DNA of 64,000 nt, taken from positions 320,001 to 384,000 of the forward strand of contig CAWHCF010000049.1 of NCBI GenBank assembly GCA_963827655.1, in the 5' to 3' direction. Source of the DNA: an uncultured Acidobacteriota bacterium (GTDB lineage: Bacteria > Acidobacteriota > UBA6911). The notes beneath the pieces are model-generated. The model saw only the letters and a program-made list of their open reading frames with translations. It made no database searches and was not told the origin of the DNA. The first letter of the stretch is position 1. The number at the start of each line of letters is the position of its first letter. This document shows, piece by piece, positions 10,274-20,316 of this stretch. Made by a program: the position numbers and the translations under genes.

Positions 10274-12533
10274 ATGAGGAATAAGAGGAAGCTAGCTTGT
10301 ATTTGGTTTGTCGCAGCTGTACTCCTATCCTCCTCCAGCGGGCGCCAACGAGAAACCGCACCCGCCGGTGGGCTCAAGAACATGCTCACGAACTACTTGA
10401 CCGCGATTGCCGAGAGGCAATGGAAAGAGCGAGCCGAGGCGATCGCGGCCATTCGGACGCCCGCCGAAGTCGCTAGACGGCAGGCTTATGCCCGTTCGCG
10501 AATCCTCGAGTCGTTCGGTGGTTTTCCCGAAGAACGGACAGCTCTGCGTGCGAGGATCATAGGTGCGTTTACGCGAGAAGGCTACCGCGTGGAAAAACTC
10601 ATTTATGAGAGCCTTCCCGAGTTTTATGTCACCGCCAATGTTTATGTGCCGCTGCAGGCTAGGCCGCCCTTCCCGGCAGTTTTGCTCACAGCGGGGCACA
10701 GCGGGATGAACGGCAAAGATTTGTCCACCACTCAGCAAATAGCAGGCTCTCTGGCCCGGCGCGGTATTCTGGCCCTGGCTTACGATCCGATCGGCCAGGG
10801 AGAACGCCTGCAATATTTTGATCCGGAGGTCGGCCGCTCGCTCGCAACCCTGAGCGACGACCGAGGCACAACGCGCGAACACATGATGGCGGACTGGCAA
10901 TGCCGGCTGACGGGCGGAAATTTTGCGCGCTATGAGATTTGGGACGGCGTTCGAGCCGTGGATTACCTGTTGGAGCGACACGACGTCGATCCGAAACGCA
11001 TCGGCGTAACGGGTTGGTCCGGTGGAGGCACACAGGCAGCCTACCTGGCCGCTTTGGAGCCACGCCTCGCAACGTCCGCCAGCGTTAACTACATGACAAA
11101 GTGGGACACTTTGTGGACGTACCCGGGACCTCAGGTGCGCCGAGATGTTACTCACCAACTTCATTAAGGACGGCCTGGATTTCGGCGACTGGGCGATACT
11201 GATTGCTCCCAGGCCCTTCAACATCGTCGCGGGAAAGCTCGACATGTTTCCGATCGAGGGTACCCGCGCAACCGCCGCTGAAGCACGCCGCATCTATGAA
11301 ATACTGGGCAAGCCGGAGGCGGCTGGATTCTTCGAGGATGAGGGTCCCCACGGATATTGGCAGAGACGACGCGAGGAGACTGTCCGTTGGATGCAGCGGT
11401 GGCTGAACGATCAGCCAGGAGATTCGGGCCACGAGCCGGAGATAACGATCGAACCCGATGAGACCTTGAACTGCACGCCCACCGGCCACCTTTCCACGTC
11501 CCTGAAGGGAAAGACCGTTCACCTGCTAAACCGCGCTTTGGCGGAGAAGCAGTACGCCGAGCGTACGGCGACCAAGGTCGCGGATCCGGCCAAGATGCGG
11601 TCGGTGATTGCCAAGCGCATTGGTGTTACGGTCAACGTTGACGCCGAGCGTGCTGCTCCCATCACGTCACGCCGCGGCGAAGTGACCCGTAAGGGATACC
11701 GGATCGAAGACGTCGCCCTGGAGACCGAGAGAGACATTACTGTACCCGCACTGGTGCTGGTTCCCGAGCGGGGCGAGGGGCGGAAGCCCGCGATTCTGCT
11801 CGTGGACTCGGCCGGCAAGCCGACTCGCCTGACGCAGGACGAGGGCAGAGATCGGTCGGACCGATGGGACGGGGATGCAATGGTGGAAGCGGGTTTCGTC
11901 GTAATGGCGGCGGATCTGCGCGGCTGGGGCGAGAGCTTCCCGGCGTACCCAATGAATAAAATGAATAAGTCGGGCTATAACGGATTCTCGATTGAGCATC
12001 AGTCAGCTCAATGGGCTCTGCTGGTGGGCAGGAGGCTGGTGGGCATGCAGGTAGACGACTTGTTGCGCTCGTTCGACTATCTGGCGTCTCGCCCCGACGT
12101 AGACCCGCAACGTATCTCCCTTTTCGGCAAAGGCGACGGCGGCACCGTTGCTCTTTATGCCGCGGCCCTCGAACCACGAATCGAGAAAGTCGTCTCAGAA
12201 AGCGCACTGTCGTCATACATGGATGTGACTCGCTGGAAGTTCCACCGGAATCTGGAGCGCATCATCGTTCCCGGTGTGTTGAAAGACTTCGACCTGCCCG
12301 ACGTGGCCAGGATGATCGCTCCGCGACCAACGTGGATCGTGTCACCCGTAACCCCAACTCGCGTGGCCGCCTCGTTGCAAGAGGTTTCTGAAGACTACGC
12401 TCCGGCACTGGCGGCCTTCAAGCGCGCCGGCCGGCCAGATAACCTCCGAGTTATCAGTAGACTTTCCGGGGTGAGTTTCGAGAAGGTGTACCAATCGTGG
12501 ATGATTCCTTCGCGAGTCGCGCAGACTCGATGA
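10274..12533 (+). CDS. Tandem alpha/beta-hydrolase (acetylxylan-esterase-like), split by a frameshift at ~11140
   Basis: Domain 1: YRVEKLIYES.P, GHS, YDPIGQGER, GVTGWSGGG nucleophile elbow. Domain 2: DLRGWGE, DYL.SRPDVD..RI, FDLPDV. ORFs 10274..11167 and 11145..12533 overlap. Confidence 0.8.
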
Positions 12534-12882
12534 TCTTCCTCGTCGAGAGCGGTAGAGGGCGCTGATCCGTGAGATCGGGTTCCAGGCTTCCGATGCGGCA
12601 CCCAAACGTGCGGCCTGGTCAAGATCGCGCCGAATCGACGCGCCGCAAGGTTGGGACTGGCAAAGAGGATCGCCGGGAACGCTATTCATCCTATCTCGCA
12701 GGACGGAGGAAGCACCTCGGCAAAGCGAGGATCAGCCATGGGGCTTAGAAACTGGAGTGTTTTTGGCGCCTCGCAAGAAGGGGATGCGCAAAAGCGAAGT
12801 CTTCCATCCGTTCGATTCCGCGTCCGTTTCCCGATGAATTCCCACACCGCTTCTCTTTTTACGTTACGTCATCACCACCTTC

Positions 12883-13458
12883 TCAAGGGGTCGACCGCAG
12901 AGATCGGCGGATGAACCTCTTTAGCCGACGAAGCCCCTGGACACTGCGATGGCGCAATGTGGAATAGGGAATCCCTCTCTCGGCGCCGGCATCTCGAATC
13001 GATGCGGCGCCCGGCTCCAGGACGGTCAGATAGAGGGCTTCGTATTGCTTTGTGGGAAGACGCGCCAGTCCCTCTTTCAGCAGCTTCGTGAGTCGCTCCG
13101 TCTGATCGGACTCTTCCTGGTTTTCCAGCATAGCCTGGGGGCTGACGCTTTCTGAAGCCGACAATGTCTGCTCCTTTAAAGGAAGGCAGCGAAGCCGCTC
13201 GCGCCTTCGGCAGTGATACGACTCGATCGCGGTATTGCTGATTGCCCGGCTCAGGTACATCCTGGCCTCTTCTTCCGATCGAAAGGGGCGATCACGGAGA
13301 AGCACGCGGCGCACCGCTTCCTGTATCACATCCTCGGCGTCTTGCTGGTTGCCGACTATCCGCAGGACGAAGCGAAACCATTTGTCGCCATGCCGCCGAA
13401 TCAGCGCGGCTATGATGTTCCGCAAGTCCAGGCTGTCAACATCCCCCGTATTCATCAA
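12883..13458 (-). CDS. ECF sigma-70 family RNA polymerase sigma factor
   Basis: Region 2: RIVGNQQDAEDVIQEA..YLSRAISN. Region 4: LARLPTKQYEAL..SIRDAG..GIPYSTLRHR. Confidence 0.82.
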   Translation of the reverse strand: MMNTGDVDSLDLRNIIAALIRRHGDKWFRFVLRIVGNQQDAEDVIQEAVRRVLLRDRPFRSEEEARMYLSRAISNTAIESYHCRRRERLRCLPLKEQTLSASESVSPQAMLENQEESDQTERLTKLLKEGLARLPTKQYEALYLTVLEPGAASIRDAGAERGIPYSTLRHRSVQGLRRLKRFIRRSLRSTP

Positions 13459-13579
13459 TTTCTTGGCTCAAATGGCAGAACGGTTGTTAGAAAGGTGCAC
13501 CATGTGTGCCGCTCCTAATGTTTCGAACAGCGGCTTTGTATTTCATGGAATTCGCGCGAGCCTCGATTTGACCTCCAGG

Positions 13580-13936
13580 ATGCCTCGACAACCGAGTCAT
13601 GAGCCGGCGCATCGCGAGTTTGTGCGCGCGTTGGAAATTGCGCGCGGCAGGCTGGCAGTCGCAATGGCGATGGAATCGAAAACCACTCCGCCCGATCGCT
13701 GGAGGTACTATCGGGAGACAGAAGACAGGATGCGGCGATATCTGAAAAAGCTGAGATCCGACCGGCGCTCAGAATTGGAAGAGCGGGTGGACTTGCTTGA
13801 ATTGGCAAGAGCGTTGAAGCGGCTTCCTTTTGCCCCCAACCACAGCGTTGCGCGCCACGGAGAGGCCCACCAGCTCTGCCAGAAGCTGAGAGAGATCCTG
13901 GCGCCGCTGGAGCAGCTCGAAACCGAGTCTTCGTGA
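13580..13936 (+). CDS. Hypothetical small helical protein divergent from the ECF sigma
   Basis: ATG13580 within ORF 13235..13936; helical composition; no recognised motif. Confidence 0.45.
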   Translation: MPRQPSHEPAHREFVRALEIARGRLAVAMAMESKTTPPDRWRYYRETEDRMRRYLKKLRSDRRSELEERVDLLELARALKRLPFAPNHSVARHGEAHQLCQKLREILAPLEQLETESS

Positions 13937-14031
13937 CTTCGTGGTTAGAGCTGTCTGACAAATACCACCAAGACTCAAAGACCGAAGAAACACCAAGACT
14001 CTCGGGGTTAATGCTCTTTGCGCGCGGCTTG

Positions 14032-14060
14032 TTGAATTCTTGAAAGTGTGTTCCTATAAT
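14032..14060 (+). promoter_or_regulatory. Sigma70-type promoter upstream of coaD
   Basis: TTGAAT (14032-37), 17-bp spacer, TATAAT (14055-60). Confidence 0.65.
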
Positions 14061-14178
14061 ACGCCGTCTTTGTAAACGGAACGACTCAAGGGTTGGCTTC
14101 ACGAAACGCGATTCATGGGAATCTGTTGCGGCTGGCGGCCGACCGCGGTTCCGGCTATGATTTCCACGTGGGTTATTG

Positions 14179-14673
14179 ATGAAGATTCGAGCCGTTTATC
14201 CTGGAACCTTTGACCCGGTGACCAATGGGCACATTGATCTCATCCAGCGAAGTGCGGAGCTCTTCGACCGGGTCATCGTCGCGGTTTTGATGAATACCGA
14301 AAAGAGCCCGCTATTTACCGTTGCCGAGCGCGTCGAAATGCTCGAGGAAGCAGTCGAGGGGCTGAAGAATGTCTCGGTGACGACTTTCCAGGGCCTCCTG
14401 GTCGATTTCGCCGATCAGAGCAAGGCCACCGTTATTGTGCGAGGTATCCGTGCAGTATCCGATTACGAATATGAGCTTCAGATGGCGCTCATGAACCGAC
14501 GTCTTTCCCCTCATGTGGAAACAGTCTTCCTGATGCCGGCGGAAACCTACTCCTACCTGAGTTCGCGCTTGGTCAAGGAGATATCGCAACTGGGCGGCTC
14601 GGTCCGCGGTCTTGTTCCATCTGCCGTCGAAGAACGGCTCAGATTCAAACAACAACATATGGTTTCTTCCTAG
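14179..14673 (+). CDS. coaD: Pantetheine-phosphate adenylyltransferase
   Basis: AVYPGTFDPVTNGHIDLI, RGIRAVSDYEYELQMALMNR, SSRLVKEI. Confidence 0.97.
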   Translation: MKIRAVYPGTFDPVTNGHIDLIQRSAELFDRVIVAVLMNTEKSPLFTVAERVEMLEEAVEGLKNVSVTTFQGLLVDFADQSKATVIVRGIRAVSDYEYELQMALMNRRLSPHVETVFLMPAETYSYLSSRLVKEISQLGGSVRGLVPSAVEERLRFKQQHMVSS

Positions 14674-14687
14674 GAGAAACGACGTCT

Positions 14688-15896
14688 ATGGCTTTGGTTA
14701 AGTCAGCGCGACTGTTTGCCCAACGGCTCCAGAACGTGGAGGAGTCCTCTACCATGCAGGTCATGATTGCGGCCCAAAAACTCAAGTCCGAAGGGGTCGA
14801 GGTCGTCGATCTTGGAGCCGGAGAGCCTGATTTCAATACCCCTGAGAATATCAAGGAAGCCGCCAAGAGGGCGATCGACGCAAATTTCACCCGCTACACT
14901 CCCGCAGTCGGTGTTGCCCCGCTTCGGGATGCCATCCTGCGCCGATATCGCGAAGACTTCGGTGTGGAGCGAAAAAGGGATGAAGTGATCGCGACGGTCG
15001 GGGGCAAGCATTCGATTTTTAACACGATGCTGGCCCTGATCGACCCTGGCGACGACGTAATCATCCCCGCTCCTTACTGGGTCACCTTTCCCCAGGTGGT
15101 CCACCTCTGCGGCGGAAGACCGGTTATTGTTGAAACGTCCCCCGAACAGGGTTTTTCCATTACGAGCGAACTCATTCAGAAGCACATCAGCGACCGAACG
15201 AAACTCGTTATCCTCAACTCCCCGTGTAATCCGACCGGGGCAGTGATCGCGCCCGGAGAATTCCTGAAGATCTGCCAGCTGGCAGCGGAGCGCGAAATCT
15301 ACGTTCTTTCGGACGAATGCTATCAGGTTTTTCTCTACGACGGCCTGCAGCCGTCCACCGCCGCGGCGGTGCCGGAACACCTGCGCCGCTGGGTGATTGT
15401 GTCGGGTTCGTTGTCGAAGACCTACGCGATGACCGGGTGGCGCCTCGGTTACACCATCGGACCTTCCGAACTGGTTGCGCAGATGGCGAAGATTCAAGGG
15501 CACGAGACCTCGAATCCCACGTCGATCGCTCAGGCCGCCGGAATTGAAGCGCTGACCGGCTCCCAGGATTCGGTCCGTGAAATGATTCGCGAGTATGAGC
15601 GGCGGCGGAATTTCCTTGTGCCGGCTCTGAATCAGATTCCCGGTGTCCGCTGCTTCACGCCCCAGGGTGCCTTTTACGTCTATCCTGATATCCGTGCCTT
15701 CCTCCACAACGGACTGAAGACGTCCGACGACTTTGCCGGCCGGCTTTTATCCGAGGCTCACGTTGCGGTCACCCCTGGCTCGGGTTTCGGGATGGATGGC
15801 TTTATTCGCATATCCTATGCCGCGGCTTACACGGCGCTCGAGGAAGCCGTCAGACGGCTCGCGAATTTCCTGCGTTCCTTGGAGTCCAGGCGATGA
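14688..15896 (+). CDS. aspC: PLP-dependent aspartate aminotransferase (class I/II)
   Basis: GAGEPDFNTP, NSPCNPTG, SDECY, SLSKTYAMTGWRLGY (PLP lysine), PQGAFY. Confidence 0.9.
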   Translation: MALVKSARLFAQRLQNVEESSTMQVMIAAQKLKSEGVEVVDLGAGEPDFNTPENIKEAAKRAIDANFTRYTPAVGVAPLRDAILRRYREDFGVERKRDEVIATVGGKHSIFNTMLALIDPGDDVIIPAPYWVTFPQVVHLCGGRPVIVETSPEQGFSITSELIQKHISDRTKLVILNSPCNPTGAVIAPGEFLKICQLAAEREIYVLSDECYQVFLYDGLQPSTAAAVPEHLRRWVIVSGSLSKTYAMTGWRLGYTIGPSELVAQMAKIQGHETSNPTSIAQAAGIEALTGSQDSVREMIREYERRRNFLVPALNQIPGVRCFTPQGAFYVYPDIRAFLHNGLKTSDDFAGRLLSEAHVAVTPGSGFGMDGFIRISYAAAYTALEEAVRRLANFLRSLESRR

Positions 15897-15948
15897 GCAC
15901 GCGAAGGGCATCAACCCGGAGCGTGCAAAAGACGCCCAACGTTTCTCG

Positions 15949-16509
15949 ATGACGTATCGACCGGGAAGGCAAACTCTAATCTGCCTTGCTGCGCTGGTAA
16001 CGCTGGCCGCTAAAGCTCATGCCGGTGACTTCTCAATACATGCCGGTTACCTTAATCCGGGAGATCTGACGGTTGAGAACGTGACCAGGAGCCTGGACGG
16101 CAGCGGAATCTATGGGGTTCGTTTCGGGGGCACATTTGCCCGTATTTTCGGTATCGAAGAGACCCTTGCCTATAGTCCCAACTTTTTGCGCACAGGGGAT
16201 TTCGCGCAGTCGGAGGATGTGAAGGGATTTATTACCAGCACAAACTTCGTTTTGAGCATGCCGAGCGGCTACGTCATTCCTTATGCCACGGTGGGGGTCG
16301 GCACGATCACTCGATTTGGTTCTGGCCCCGACTTTCGCTTCGGTACCAAGTTCGCGCTGAATTATGGCGGTGGTTTGAAGCTTCCACGTCTGGCGGGACC
16401 CTTAGGATTGAGGTTTGACGCCCGCGGTTACAGGGCCGAGGACATCTTTTCAGAGAGCCTGAACATTTTCGAAGTTAGCGCTGGAGTGCTCTTCACCTTC
16501 GGCCGTTGA
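15949..16509 (+). CDS. Outer-membrane beta-barrel protein (OmpA-like 8-stranded)
   Basis: Signal peptide; PYATVGVG, NYGGGLK, LRFDARGY, C-terminal SAGVLFTF. Confidence 0.75.
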   Translation: MTYRPGRQTLICLAALVTLAAKAHAGDFSIHAGYLNPGDLTVENVTRSLDGSGIYGVRFGGTFARIFGIEETLAYSPNFLRTGDFAQSEDVKGFITSTNFVLSMPSGYVIPYATVGVGTITRFGSGPDFRFGTKFALNYGGGLKLPRLAGPLGLRFDARGYRAEDIFSESLNIFEVSAGVLFTFGR

Positions 16510-16571
16510 GATACCCGCCCATGTAAAAAGTACCTTTCAACTCAGCACTTTTTACTTTCTACTTCTTTTGC

Positions 16572-17801
16572 ATGAGCTCGCGCCCAGGATTTCACCTGCC
16601 GTTCAAGAGATCTCCGTCACGCCGAGAACAACGAGAAATCGAGGAGATGATTGCGACCCTGGCAAGCCGCGCTCTTGCCATCGTCGATCTTCCCGATCGC
16701 AAACTCTTTCTCGAAAAAGAAATCAAGCAGGGATTCCACTTCCGGCGGGTCGAGATTCTTCTGAAGCCAGAAGGACCTGAACGCTACGCGTCCGAGAGTA
16801 TCAGGGTGCGAAACCTGCTTGCTCGAACCCTGGGGATCCTCTCAGGGAGCAAAAAACCCTTCCTCAGCGGCGCGATTGCTAAGGAGCTCGGCGTGGCCGC
16901 CATTCTCGAGCCACTCGGGGGCACGCATGCTTTCCCGATTCGACAGGGAGCGGAAACGCTCGGACTTCTGATTTTTGACGCATCGCCCCAGGCGCAACTC
17001 CCGCGGTACACGGAGGAGAAGCTGCTGGACCTCTGCCGCCAGATCGCCGTGGTATTTGAGAACTCGGACCTCTTGCGCAACAAATTGGAACTGGAGCGAG
17101 CGCTTGCCCGCCAGGCTCAGATGGTGCAGCTGGGGGAAATGACCGCCCGGATCGCTCATGAGATAAAAAACCCGTTAAGTTCGATCAAGACCATCATCCA
17201 GGTCATGTGCGAGGACCGGAGTCTGCAGCCGGGCTACAAGCAGGATCTGGAGTTGATTAATCGCGAGATCGATCGGCTCAGCGACTCTGTCGGCCAGCTT
17301 CTGAGCTTCTCACGGCCAACCCCCGATCCAGGGGGAATCCTGAGTCTCCGGGATGAGGCCGAATCGGTGATACTCTTTCTGGAGCGCGACATTCAAAATG
17401 CGGGAGTGATCGTCGCGAATGAAATACCCCGGGAACTCTCGGGGGTTTCCGGTACCCCTTCAGCCTTTCGCGAGATTTTCATGAATCTCGTCCTTAATTC
17501 GATCCAGGCTGGAGGGAAAGGGACTCACATTACCTTCTCGGCCTGGGAGGGGGTCCTGGAGGATGGCTCGGAGCGTTTCGTGCTGCTTGTGGTAGAAGAT
17601 GACGGCTCCGGGATACCGGAGGAAGCACAGGCAAAGGTTTTTACTCCCTTCTTCACGACCAAACTGCGCGGGACCGGCCTGGGGTTGGCGATCGTCAAGC
17701 GAAACGTAGAACAATTGGGCGGCCGTATTACTCTCGAAAGTCCAGCGAGAAACGGTAAGGGCGCCCGCTTCCTGATTCATCTCCCGGTCGCGGCGCGGTG
17801 A
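16572..17801 (+). CDS. GAF-containing sensor histidine kinase
   Basis: H-box IAHEIKNPL, N-box NLVLNSIQA, G boxes DDGSGI, FFTTK..GTGLGL. Confidence 0.92.
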   Translation: MSSRPGFHLPFKRSPSRREQREIEEMIATLASRALAIVDLPDRKLFLEKEIKQGFHFRRVEILLKPEGPERYASESIRVRNLLARTLGILSGSKKPFLSGAIAKELGVAAILEPLGGTHAFPIRQGAETLGLLIFDASPQAQLPRYTEEKLLDLCRQIAVVFENSDLLRNKLELERALARQAQMVQLGEMTARIAHEIKNPLSSIKTIIQVMCEDRSLQPGYKQDLELINREIDRLSDSVGQLLSFSRPTPDPGGILSLRDEAESVILFLERDIQNAGVIVANEIPRELSGVSGTPSAFREIFMNLVLNSIQAGGKGTHITFSAWEGVLEDGSERFVLLVVEDDGSGIPEEAQAKVFTPFFTTKLRGTGLGLAIVKRNVEQLGGRITLESPARNGKGARFLIHLPVAAR

Positions 17802-17854
17802 AAAATTGGGGACGTCCCCAATTTTTGCGTTAAGCTGGGGTTCGGGAGCGACTC

Positions 17855-19240
17855 ATGAAGTACAAGATCCTCATCGTCGACGACGAAGAAGCGGCGCGCT
17901 ACGGCATGCGCAAGGCTTTGCAGTCCAAGGAGAATCTTCTCCTCGAGGCGAGCGATCTCCGGATGGCTCGTTTTATAGTTGAGAAGGAGGAGCCTGCCCT
18001 GGTTCTTCTGGATGTTAATCTGCCGGATGGATCCGGTATCGATTTCCTGAAGGAGGTGGCCGCCCGCGCGGACCCACCGGCTGTTATCGTGATCACAGCC
18101 CATGGTTCCGAACGTGTGGCCATCGAGGCGATTCGGGCCGGAGCTTATGAATATCTTTCGAAGCCTTTCGAAGTGGATGAGCTGCGGCTCCTGGTCAAAA
18201 ACGCGCGCGAGCGAACCTTTCTCGCCGAAGAAAACCGGATTCTGAAGGAGGAGCTGAGGCAGGAAACAGGCTTCGGAGCCATGGTGGGGAGCAGCCCCGC
18301 GATGAAGAAGATCTTCGAAGTCGTGGAACGAGTGGCTCCTACGGACGTCTCAGTACTCATAAGGGGGGAAAGCGGGACGGGAAAGGAACTGGTCGCCCGC
18401 GAGATCCACCGGCGCAGCGGGCGCTCGGGCATGCCCTTCGTCGCGCTGAACTGCGCCGCTCTTCCCGACGCTCTTATTGAGAGCGAGCTGTTCGGCCATG
18501 AAAAGGGGGCTTTCACCGGAGCCGCCGCGCGCCGGCAGGGGAAGTTCGAGCTTGCCGATGGGGGTACGCTCTTGCTTGATGAAATCGGCGATATGGCTCT
18601 GGCGACTCAAGCCAAAGTCTTGAGGGTGCTGGAGGAGAAACAGTTTGAACGCCTTGGTTCCGCAGAGACTCTGACTTCTGATGTCCGGATCGTCTGCGCC
18701 ACCCATCGTGATCTGGCGCAGGCCATCGAGGCGTCAGAGTTTCGCGAAGACCTCTACTACCGCATTCATGTGGTCACCATAGAAATTCCTCCGCTGCGGG
18801 ATCGGCAGCCAGATATCGAGTCTTTGCTCGAGCACTTCGCGGCGCGCTTTACCGAGAAATACCGCATCGAATGGAAAGGCTTTACGGAAGCAGCGCGCAG
18901 AAGACTTTTGAACTATCCCTGGCCCGGAAACGTTCGGGAATTACGCAACGTCGTCGAGAGATGCGTGGTGTTGAGTCTCGAGGGACCAATCGATGTTGCG
19001 GAGCTTCCGGCAGAACTGATTTCGCAAGCGCCCGGAGTTCGAGGCGCCCAAGGGGCCGAAGAAGTCTGGCAGCTTCCGTACGAAGAAGCCCGGGCGTCAT
19101 TCGAAAAGAACTATCTGCTTCAGGTTCTGGAACAGAATGGAGGAAACATCAGCCAGGCAGCGGCCAGAATGGGTATTCACCGGCAGACGCTGCAGTACAA
19201 GCTCAAACAACTTGGCATTCGCAAGTCCTGGGCAGAGTGA
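17855..19240 (+). CDS. Sigma54-dependent (NtrC/AtoC-family) response regulator
   Basis: Receiver domain, GESGTGKE, ESELFGHEKGAFTGA, WPGNVRELRN, Fis-type HTH. Confidence 0.95.
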   Translation: MKYKILIVDDEEAARYGMRKALQSKENLLLEASDLRMARFIVEKEEPALVLLDVNLPDGSGIDFLKEVAARADPPAVIVITAHGSERVAIEAIRAGAYEYLSKPFEVDELRLLVKNARERTFLAEENRILKEELRQETGFGAMVGSSPAMKKIFEVVERVAPTDVSVLIRGESGTGKELVAREIHRRSGRSGMPFVALNCAALPDALIESELFGHEKGAFTGAAARRQGKFELADGGTLLLDEIGDMALATQAKVLRVLEEKQFERLGSAETLTSDVRIVCATHRDLAQAIEASEFREDLYYRIHVVTIEIPPLRDRQPDIESLLEHFAARFTEKYRIEWKGFTEAARRRLLNYPWPGNVRELRNVVERCVVLSLEGPIDVAELPAELISQAPGVRGAQGAEEVWQLPYEEARASFEKNYLLQVLEQNGGNISQAAARMGIHRQTLQYKLKQLGIRKSWAE

Positions 19241-19243
19241 GCC

Positions 19244-19395
19244 GATTGCAGATTGCGGATTGCAGATTGCGGATTGAAAAACACCGATGACGAGTTGCGG
19301 TTCATCGAAGAGTCAATCCGCAATCCGAAATCCGCAATCCGCAATGGATATGGGTGTGTCTTTCAATCCGCAATCTGCAATCTGCAATCCGCAAT
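19244..19395. repeat. Inverted heptamer tandem repeats (GATTGC[A/G] arm; CAATC[C/T]G arms)
   Basis: GATTGCA/GATTGCG x4-5 at 19244-19276 and complementary CAATCCG/CAATCTG runs at 19314-19345 and 19364-19395. Confidence 0.85.
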
Positions 19396-19399
19396 TGAT

Positions 19400-20288
19400 A
19401 TGAGACTTGCCATTATCGTGAATCGGGCCGCCGGCGGCGGGCGCTCTTACAAGAAGTTAGAACGATATCTCAAGAACTGGCCGCATCACGATTGGAGCGT
19501 GGAGGTTCATTCCACTTATGCGCCGGGTCACGCGGGCGAGATCGCCAAGGAGTTGCTCGCAAACCCTCCCGATCTCCTGGCGATCTGCGGTGGCGACGGT
19601 ACTGTTAACGAGGTTGCCTCGCGGGTTCCTAATCCCCCGTTTCCGATCGCCTTGCTTCCTGCCGGCACGGCTAATGTCCTCGCCCGGGAACTCGGCCTCC
19701 CCATGGATCCGGTGAGCGCGCTCAAGATTGCCTTTGAGAGAGTCGTGCGTCGAGTTGACCTGGGCATCTTGCGGGCGCGAACCGAGCATTACTTCCTTCT
19801 GATGGCCGGCATAGGCTTCGATGCGTACATAGTCTCGAAGGTGAATTTACGCTTCAAGCAAAAGATGGGCATCGCCGCATACTATGGGGCCACGTTGAAA
19901 CACGTTCTGACATATTCCTTTCCCGAGTTTGAGCTTGCGACCGAGAGCCAAACGGTCCGCGCGACATCGTGCCTCATCGCTAACGCGCAGAGCTACGGCG
20001 GCGGCCTGGTGCTCACCCCGGGCGCCGACATGAGTGACGGCGTCCTGGATATTCTGGTGCTGTCCGACAAGCCGAAGATCGATTATCTCCGCTTTATTGT
20101 CGCGGCGTGGCGCGGGCATCCGGACAAAGTACCCCTGGGCGCTTCATTTGAAGGCACGGACGGCAAGGATCTCAGGTCCGCGTGGTATCTGGGCCCACGT
20201 GGACGGTGAATTAGTCGGCACGCTTCCCCTGGAAGTAGGCGTGGTACCTGCTTCATTTCCCCTGGTGGTAGGAACGAGCGGTAAGTAA
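19400..20288 (+). CDS. Diacylglycerol-kinase-family lipid kinase (YegS/BmrU-like), frameshift near 20135
   Basis: IIVNRAAGGG, GGDGTVNEV, LPAGTAN.LAREL, AGIGFDA, YGGG; C-terminal HVDGE lies in ORF 20034..20288. Confidence 0.88.
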
Positions 20289-20316
20289 GGGTTCGGATTC
20301 TCTTTGCGTCTTCGCG

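Noticed and set aside
19253-19399. N-terminal extension of the lipid kinase (IADCGL/NPKSAIRN)
   Set aside because: It is the translation of the heptamer repeats; the family-typical start is ATG19400.
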